Positions 58,523 to 64,000 of a stretch of 64,000 nt of DNA are shown one piece after another (position 1 is the stretch's first letter; each line of letters opens with the position of its first letter). The notes beneath the pieces are model-generated. The model saw nothing but the letters and a program-made list of their open reading frames with translations. It made no database searches and was not told where the DNA came from. This DNA is from Bacteroidota bacterium (GTDB lineage: Bacteria; Bacteroidota; Ignavibacteria; UBA10030; BY39), in contig JAUXOG010000104.1 in the NCBI GenBank assembly GCA_030682385.1, forward strand, positions 24,023-88,022. The letters run 5' to 3'. The position numbers and the translations under genes are program-made.

Positions 58523-59638
58523 TTATTTGGATATTTCGCCTAACCTGCCGCTGAATTCAGATTTGCCTGAATAAACCTGCCGGATTTTTCCGATTGAATT
58601 TATTCTTGCTTCAGCAAGTTTGTTTGAAGCTACATGAGATGGAATTTTTTCGCTTTTTGAGATAGTTAATATCGTTTTGATTGTGTCGTAAATTTGTCCC
58701 GCCTGCTTCATCGCTCGCTCGGAATGGTATCCTTCGAGTTCATTAGCGACATTAATCAAACCGCCTGCATTGATTGCATAATCGGGAGCGTAAATAATTC
58801 CTTTATCCATCAAAATTTTTCCGTGTTTGTTCTCATCTGCAAGTTGATTGTTGGCTCCGCCGGCGATAATCTTAAATTTCATTCTATTAATTGTGTCGTC
58901 ATTAATTATTGCACCGAGTGCGCAGGGACAAAAAACGTCGGCATCAACATCGTAAATTTTATCTGGGTGAACGTATTCGGCTTTCGTATCTGCAATAATT
59001 GATTTCGCTTTATCTTCGTAGATGTCGGTAACAAATATTTTCGCACCATCTTTTGCAAGATGATCGCAAACATATTTTGCAACGTTACCGGCGCCTTGAA
59101 CTGCAACTTTTTTACCCGCTAACGAATCGCTGCCGGTTAATTCTTTCATAGCAGCTTTCATCCCAACGTAAACGCCATACGCAGTAAACGGAGACGGGTC
59201 GCCACTTCCACCCAAAGCTTTATCAATTCCGGTTACGTACTTTGTTTCCATACGAACGTATTCCATATCTTGAACCGAAGTACCAACATCTTCAGCGGTG
59301 ATGTAACGTCCCGCAAGTCCGTCAACGAATCTGCCAAAAGCTCTATACATCAATTCAGTTTTGTCTTTGTGAGGGTCTCCGATGATAACAGCTTTACCGC
59401 CGCCTAAATTTAAACCTGCAACTGCTGCTTTATAAGTCATTCCGCGTGAAAGTCGCAGAACATCAATTAATGCGTCTGTTTCCGATGCATACATCCACAT
59501 GCGGGTTCCGCCTAAAGCCGGTCCGAGCGTAGTATCGTGAATTCCGATAATTGCCTTAAGGTTTGCTTCTTCACTCGAGCAGAATACAACTTGTTCGTGA
59601 TCATATTTTCTAATTTCTTCAAATAACATACTATCCAT
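58523..59638 (-). CDS. Leucine (Leu/Val/Phe) dehydrogenase.
   Basis: [16 protein letters not shown] and [15 protein letters not shown] motifs of the Glu/Leu/Phe/Val dehydrogenase family. Confidence 0.85.
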   Translation of the reverse strand: MDSMLFEEIRKYDHEQVVFCSSEEANLKAIIGIHDTTLGPALGGTRMWMYASETDALIDVLRLSRGMTYKAAVAGLNLGGGKAVIIGDPHKDKTELMYRAFGRFVDGLAGRYITAEDVGTSVQDMEYVRMETKYVTGIDKALGGSGDPSPFTAYGVYVGMKAAMKELTGSDSLAGKKVAVQGAGNVAKYVCDHLAKDGAKIFVTDIYEDKAKSIIADTKAEYVHPDKIYDVDADVFCPCALGAIINDDTINRMKFKIIAGGANNQLADENKHGKILMDKGIIYAPDYAINAGGLINVANELEGYHSERAMKQAGQIYDTIKTILTISKSEKIPSHVASNKLAEARINSIGKIRQVYSGKSEFSGRLGEISK

Positions 59639-59646
59639 CTCCTTGT

Positions 59647-60468
59647 TTAATTAATTTTATTTTTAAAATCCGGTATCAATGTTACACGTGGCGAAGTTAT
59701 TACCGGATGAGTATCAATTATTACATCTGTGCGAAATACTTCTTCTATATTTTTTTTGTTCACAACCGAAGCAGTTTTACCCACTGCGTGAACTTTACCA
59801 AAATTCAGTATTAAAATTTCATCACTAAACATCGAAGCGATATTTAAATCGTGAAATACAGCTACCACCGATATACCGTCGTTAGTAACTAATTTTTTAA
59901 TGAGTGTTAGAATTTCGATTTGATGTTGCAAATCGAGATGAGTATTCGGCTCATCGAGCAGCAAGATTGGCGCTTGTTGAGCGAGAGCGCGAGCCAAAAA
60001 TACGCGTTGGATTTCGCCGCCCGATAATTCGTTGATATAGCGTGATGATAAATGTTGAATATCGGTTTTTTTCATCGCATCTTGGGCAATATTTTTATCC
60101 TCAATGTTCTCAAAACCGAAACCCTGAAGATACGGTGAACGCCCCATCAAAACGATTTCATAAACTGTAAATGGAAAAGCAAGCGGTTGAGTTTGAGGAA
60201 CAAAAGCAATTTTTTTTGCTAAATCTTTTCGTGGTATTGTTGAATAATCTTTTTCAAAAATTTTTACCTTCCCGCTATCGGGTAATAAAATTTTACTGAT
60301 GATTTTTAATAATGTCGATTTGCCCGATCCGTTGGGTCCAACGATACTCAAAAATGTTCCTGCCGTTAACGACAAGAGTATTTTATCTAACGAAAAATGA
60401 CTACTCAACTTTTTACCTTTGTGTGCCGGGTAAGTAAAAGTTATATTTTCAACATTTATACTGTACAT
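59647..60468 (-). CDS. ABC transporter ATP-binding protein (iron-siderophore/cobalamin type). The ATG at 60468 overlaps the fbp stop as TAATG; the ORF track extends it to 60498.
   Basis: [11 protein letters not shown] Walker [10 protein letters not shown] signature, LLLDEP Walker B. Confidence 0.8.
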   Translation of the reverse strand: MYSINVENITFTYPAHKGKKLSSHFSLDKILLSLTAGTFLSIVGPNGSGKSTLLKIISKILLPDSGKVKIFEKDYSTIPRKDLAKKIAFVPQTQPLAFPFTVYEIVLMGRSPYLQGFGFENIEDKNIAQDAMKKTDIQHLSSRYINELSGGEIQRVFLARALAQQAPILLLDEPNTHLDLQHQIEILTLIKKLVTNDGISVVAVFHDLNIASMFSDEILILNFGKVHAVGKTASVVNKKNIEEVFRTDVIIDTHPVITSPRVTLIPDFKNKIN

Positions 60469-61478
60469 TATTCGGGGGAAGATAAAAATTCCTGGCACTT
60501 GGTTACATCTTCGCTGCTTCCGATGAAAATCGGAGTTTGTTGATGCAATGAATTTGGGGTGATATCTAAAATTCTTTGTTTTCCGTTAATTGCTTTCCCG
60601 CCGGCTTGTTCGACTATGAAAGCCATAGGATTGCATTCATACATCAATCGTAATTTTCCGTCAGGGTTCTTCTTGTCGGCAGGATACATAAAAATTCCAC
60701 CGTATAAAAGTGTGCGGTGAACATCGCCGACCATCGTTCCAATGTATCGCAGCGAATAGGGCCTTCCCGATGGGTTATCTATTTCTTTTAAATATTTGAT
60801 GTATCTCTGTATCGGAGGAGACCAATAATTGTAATTGCCTTCGTTTATGCTGTACATTTTTCCTTTCGAAGGAATTCTTATATTTTCATTCGACAATAAA
60901 AATTCACCAACCGACGGATCAAGCGTAAATCCATGAACTCCATTTCCTGTAGTATATATGAACATCGTGCTTGTTCCGTAAATTATATAACCGGCAGCAA
61001 CCTGATTGTAACCGGTTTGCAGACAGTCTTCCAAAGTTCCGACACCCGAAGGAGTAACCCGTTTAAAAATGCTGAAGATTGTACCTATCGTAATATTTGC
61101 ATCAATATTCGATGACCCGTCCAATGGGTCGAACAGCAATACATATTTTCCACTGTCACACTTTTTAGGTATCTCAATCAGCCCGTTGCTTTCTTCCGAA
61201 GCCATAGCGCAAATGTTCCCGCTGTAAAACATTGTTTTGTATATTGTTTCATCGGCGAACAAGTCTAACTTTTTTAATATATCTCCCGAAACGTTCACTT
61301 GGTCAGTCGTTCCGAGAATGTTTACCAATCCGGCTTTGCTTACCTCGCGCCAAACTAATTTTGCAGCAAGTGTTAATGCGAATAGCATGTTTGAAAATTC
61401 ACCCGATGCTGAAGGAAATTTTTCCTCCTGCTCCCGAATAAACCGCTCTAAAGTCATGATTTTTGGATTTGAAACCAT
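60468..61478 (-). CDS. fbp: Fructose-1,6-bisphosphatase class 1.
   Basis: FBPase pattern (DPLDGSSNID and the GKLRLMYE region). Confidence 0.85.
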   Translation of the reverse strand: MVSNPKIMTLERFIREQEEKFPSASGEFSNMLFALTLAAKLVWREVSKAGLVNILGTTDQVNVSGDILKKLDLFADETIYKTMFYSGNICAMASEESNGLIEIPKKCDSGKYVLLFDPLDGSSNIDANITIGTIFSIFKRVTPSGVGTLEDCLQTGYNQVAAGYIIYGTSTMFIYTTGNGVHGFTLDPSVGEFLLSNENIRIPSKGKMYSINEGNYNYWSPPIQRYIKYLKEIDNPSGRPYSLRYIGTMVGDVHRTLLYGGIFMYPADKKNPDGKLRLMYECNPMAFIVEQAGGKAINGKQRILDITPNSLHQQTPIFIGSSEDVTKCQEFLSSPE

Positions 61479-61634
61479 ATACGAATTTAATTTAAAAAAT
61501 TGAATAAAGTGGGATTATTTGATTGTAATTTAGGAAACATTTGTATAATAAGCAATTAAATTTTGCCTTTTCTAACTTTTATCAATATATTGCAACAGAA
61601 AAATTTTGAAGTAATATTTCAATCAAAAAAATAG

Positions 61635-62390
61635 GTGTTTCAAATGAAAATAGCTGTTTGTGTTAATCACGTTCCCGATACTGAAGCAAAGGTTAGAATA
61701 AGTTCCGACGGCAAAACAATCGACAAGGCGGGGATAAATTTTATTTTAAATCCGTACGATGAAATTGCAGTTGAACAGGGTTTACAATTAAAAGAAAAAT
61801 TTGGCGGCGAAGTAATTGTAGTTTCTCTCGGCGGCGACTCCAACAAGGAGACATTGCGAAAAGCCCTTGCGATGGGTGCCGATAAAGCTGTCTTGCTGAA
61901 AGACGATTCGATACGAGATTCGTTTGCAGTAGCTGCCGCACTTGCCGATGCACTAAAGGAAATCAATCCCGATGTGATATTGTTAGGTAAGCAGTCGATC
62001 GATTATGATAACTCGCAAATGGTTGGGCTTGTTGGCGAGCTTCTTAATTTACCTTCGGTTTCGGTTGTTGTGAAATTGGAAATCCAAGACAACAAAATTA
62101 TCTGTGAAAGGGAAATTGAAGGCGGACACGAAAAAGTTGAAAGCCAACTTCCAATTGTTTTAAGCGTTCAAAAGGGATTGTGCGAACCCCGCTATCCTTC
62201 GCTTAAAGGAATAATGGCAGCGAAATCGAAACCGATTGAAGAGAAACAGATACCTGCCGTTAATTCAAAAGTAGAAACAATTTCTCTGCGTATGCCTCAA
62301 TCAAAAGCGGCGGGTAAAATTGTTGGAACCGATTCTACCGCAGTAAAAGAATTGGTTCGTTTGTTACACGAAGAAGCAAAAGTAATTTGA
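61635..62390 (+). CDS. etfB: Electron transfer flavoprotein beta subunit.
   Basis: MKIAVCVNHVPDT...IDKAG EtfB N-terminus. Confidence 0.85.
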   Translation: MFQMKIAVCVNHVPDTEAKVRISSDGKTIDKAGINFILNPYDEIAVEQGLQLKEKFGGEVIVVSLGGDSNKETLRKALAMGADKAVLLKDDSIRDSFAVAAALADALKEINPDVILLGKQSIDYDNSQMVGLVGELLNLPSVSVVVKLEIQDNKIICEREIEGGHEKVESQLPIVLSVQKGLCEPRYPSLKGIMAAKSKPIEEKQIPAVNSKVETISLRMPQSKAAGKIVGTDSTAVKELVRLLHEEAKVI

Positions 62391-62424
62391 TGTTAAAATT
62401 AGAAAACTAAAAACCGGAAGAAGT

Positions 62425-63399
62425 ATGAAAATATTAGCAATAGCAGAACAACGCGAAGGTAAATTCAAGAAAACAGCATTTGAAATAACAAAAGCTGCAA
62501 AAGAAATAGCCGACAAACTTAATTGCGAGATGGTTTCGCTTGTAATAGGCAGTGCTGTAGAATCAATCGCATCAGAATTGGGCGGCTTTGGTGCAACGCG
62601 TGTAATCGTTGTTGACGATCCTCAACTTAATTATTATTCAACAACTGCTTATACTAAAATTATTTCAGAAATTGCCAAGAAAGAGTCGGCGAATATACTT
62701 TTATTACCGGCATCGCAAATAGGGAAAGATTTAGCTCCTCGTTTGGCTGTAAAACTTGATGCAGGATTGGTTTCTGACTGTACAGCATTAAAAATTGAGG
62801 ACGGAAATATTATTGCAACACGTCCGATTTTTGCTGGTAAAATAATTAGCGATGTAAAAATCGTTGCCGATGTCCAAATATTCACACTCCGTCCGAATGT
62901 GTTTACGGCAGGTTCAAGCAACGGCGCTCCCGCTACAGTTGAAAAAGTGGCTGTCGAGTTGACGCAAGCTGACTTCGCTGCTAAAGCAGTCGAAACCAAA
63001 GTCGCAGTTGGCAGACCCGATGTTACCGAAGCGAGCATTATAGTATCCGGCGGCAGAGGTATGAAAGGACCTGAAAATTTTAAATTGATAGAAGATTTAG
63101 CTGATGTACTCGGAGCTGGTGTTGGAACTTCACGTGCGGCTGTAGATGCCGGGTGGCGACCTCACGACGAACAAGTGGGGCAAACGGGTAAAACTGTTGC
63201 GCCTAATCTTTATTTTGCCTGCGGAATTTCGGGAGCAATTCAACATTTAGCGGGTATGTCGTCATCGAAGTGTATTGTCGCTATAAATAAAGATAAAGAC
63301 GCTCCGATATTTCAAATTGCTGATTATGGAATTGTTGGAGATGTGATTGAAGTTTTACCTGTACTGACTCAGGAAATTAAGACACTTTTAGGAAAATAA
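62425..63399 (+). CDS. etfA: Electron transfer flavoprotein alpha subunit.
   Basis: FAD-binding C-terminal pattern (VSGGRGM...PNLYFACGISGAIQHLAGM). Confidence 0.85.
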   Translation: MKILAIAEQREGKFKKTAFEITKAAKEIADKLNCEMVSLVIGSAVESIASELGGFGATRVIVVDDPQLNYYSTTAYTKIISEIAKKESANILLLPASQIGKDLAPRLAVKLDAGLVSDCTALKIEDGNIIATRPIFAGKIISDVKIVADVQIFTLRPNVFTAGSSNGAPATVEKVAVELTQADFAAKAVETKVAVGRPDVTEASIIVSGGRGMKGPENFKLIEDLADVLGAGVGTSRAAVDAGWRPHDEQVGQTGKTVAPNLYFACGISGAIQHLAGMSSSKCIVAINKDKDAPIFQIADYGIVGDVIEVLPVLTQEIKTLLGK

Positions 63400-63968
63400 T
63401 GGAATTAGAAAAGGTACAAGTAGATATCGTAGGACTTACAACGAGTCCGGCGAGCGGTGGTGCATACGCCTTACTGTTAAAAGAAGTAGATGGAAACCGT
63501 CAGCTTCCGATAATTATTGGCGCCTTCGAAGCTCAGTCGATTGCTTTGGAAATGGAAGGAATTAAACCACCACGCCCTTTGACACACGATTTGATTAAAA
63601 ATATTATTGATTCGATGGGATTAGAAATAACTGAAATTACTATCAGCGACCTGCGAGAGGGAACATTTTATGCGACCATCGCTTTAGACCGGGAGATGAT
63701 CGATTCACGTCCGAGCGATGCCATAGCTTTAGCAGTCCGGTGCGGAATACCAATCTATGTAATGGAAAAGGTAATGCGTGAAGCTTCGTTCTTCCCTGAA
63801 ACCGAAGATGTAGAAAAACGCCAAGCTTCACCGGTTAAAATTCCCACCGATAAACTCGGTAGATTAGATATGTTGCGGAGTCAATTGAAGGATGCTGTTG
63901 AGCAGGAAGATTATGAAACAGCTTCCCAACTGAGAGATGCGATTCGTAAAATTGAATTATCTGAATAA
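63399..63968 (+). CDS. Bifunctional nuclease family protein (DUF151) with a C-terminal UVR motif.
   Basis: DIVGLTTSPASGGAYALLLKEVDGNRQLPIIIG BFN pattern and a C-terminal YETASQLRDAIRKIE UvrB/C-like motif. Confidence 0.7.
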   Translation: MELEKVQVDIVGLTTSPASGGAYALLLKEVDGNRQLPIIIGAFEAQSIALEMEGIKPPRPLTHDLIKNIIDSMGLEITEITISDLREGTFYATIALDREMIDSRPSDAIALAVRCGIPIYVMEKVMREASFFPETEDVEKRQASPVKIPTDKLGRLDMLRSQLKDAVEQEDYETASQLRDAIRKIELSE

Positions 63969-64000
63969 ATTAATATCAACTTAATGAGGTAAAATATGAA

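Overview
A 64 kb stretch of a low-GC bacterial chromosome (roughly 35-40% GC by eye). The T9SS-type C-terminal sorting domain and the overall gene content suggest a Bacteroidota/Ignavibacteriota-like organism, but that is my inference from protein motifs. Everything below comes from reading the six-frame translations and the DNA; no searches were run.

Layout, left to right:
1. 1-7610: a tightly overlapping aromatic amino-acid super-operon, trpE(partial)-trpG-trpD-trpC-trpF-DAHP synthase-trpB-trpA-chorismate mutase-tyrA.
2. 7690-12673: housekeeping genes (Ogg-type glycosylase, saccharopine-dehydrogenase-family protein, AmiC-like amidase, Fe/B12-type binding lipoprotein, ferritin).
3. 12830-22654 (minus strand): a defence island holding a type I restriction-modification system, hsdM(909 aa)-hsdS-GxxExxY-hsdR-DUF45/M48 peptidase, followed by a 5'-truncated Schlafen-like ATPase/HTH gene and a minimal DprA-like (SLOG) protein.
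4. 22998-35648: a candidate anaerobic N-heterocycle/ureide catabolic cluster. It contains a dihydropyrimidinase/hydantoinase, a family III CoA-transferase, a three-subunit molybdenum hydroxylase, the three components of an oxamate-carbamoyltransferase-like complex (DUF2877, FdrA-like, DUF1116), a cyclase-family hydrolase and an amidase. The FdrA-like gene is interrupted by an in-frame TAA. The [2Fe-2S] subunit appears to start at a non-canonical ATT.
5. 36090-41863: a deoxynucleoside kinase gene and an anti-sigma-factor-type kinase gene, convergent, with a 4.7 kb accessory insertion between them. The insertion carries a T9SS-sorted repeat protein, a VapBC-like toxin-antitoxin pair and a higher-GC hypothetical gene, plus diverged duplicate copies of the 3' ends of both flanking genes.
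6. 41432-49571 (minus strand): RsbW-like kinase, outer-membrane barrel protein, SDR, beta-CASP MBL hydrolase, PBP1A, LpxH-like phosphoesterase, small secreted protein.
7. 49688-54658: a trehalose module whose OtsA carries an unusual N-terminal transmembrane sensor plus HAMP domain, followed by OtsB, an unknown protein and TreT. The module is bracketed by a duplicated promoter/leader repeat.
8. 54933-56696: a HindIII-like type II restriction-modification pair.
9. 56745-63968: MFS transporter, nusB, leucine dehydrogenase, ABC ATPase, fbp, etfBA and a bifunctional nuclease.

No rRNA, tRNA or CRISPR array was seen. The most interesting candidates are the catabolic cluster with its recoding-like oddities, the sensor-HAMP-OtsA fusion, the integration-hotspot footprints, and the type I system with a poly-A tract in hsdS.
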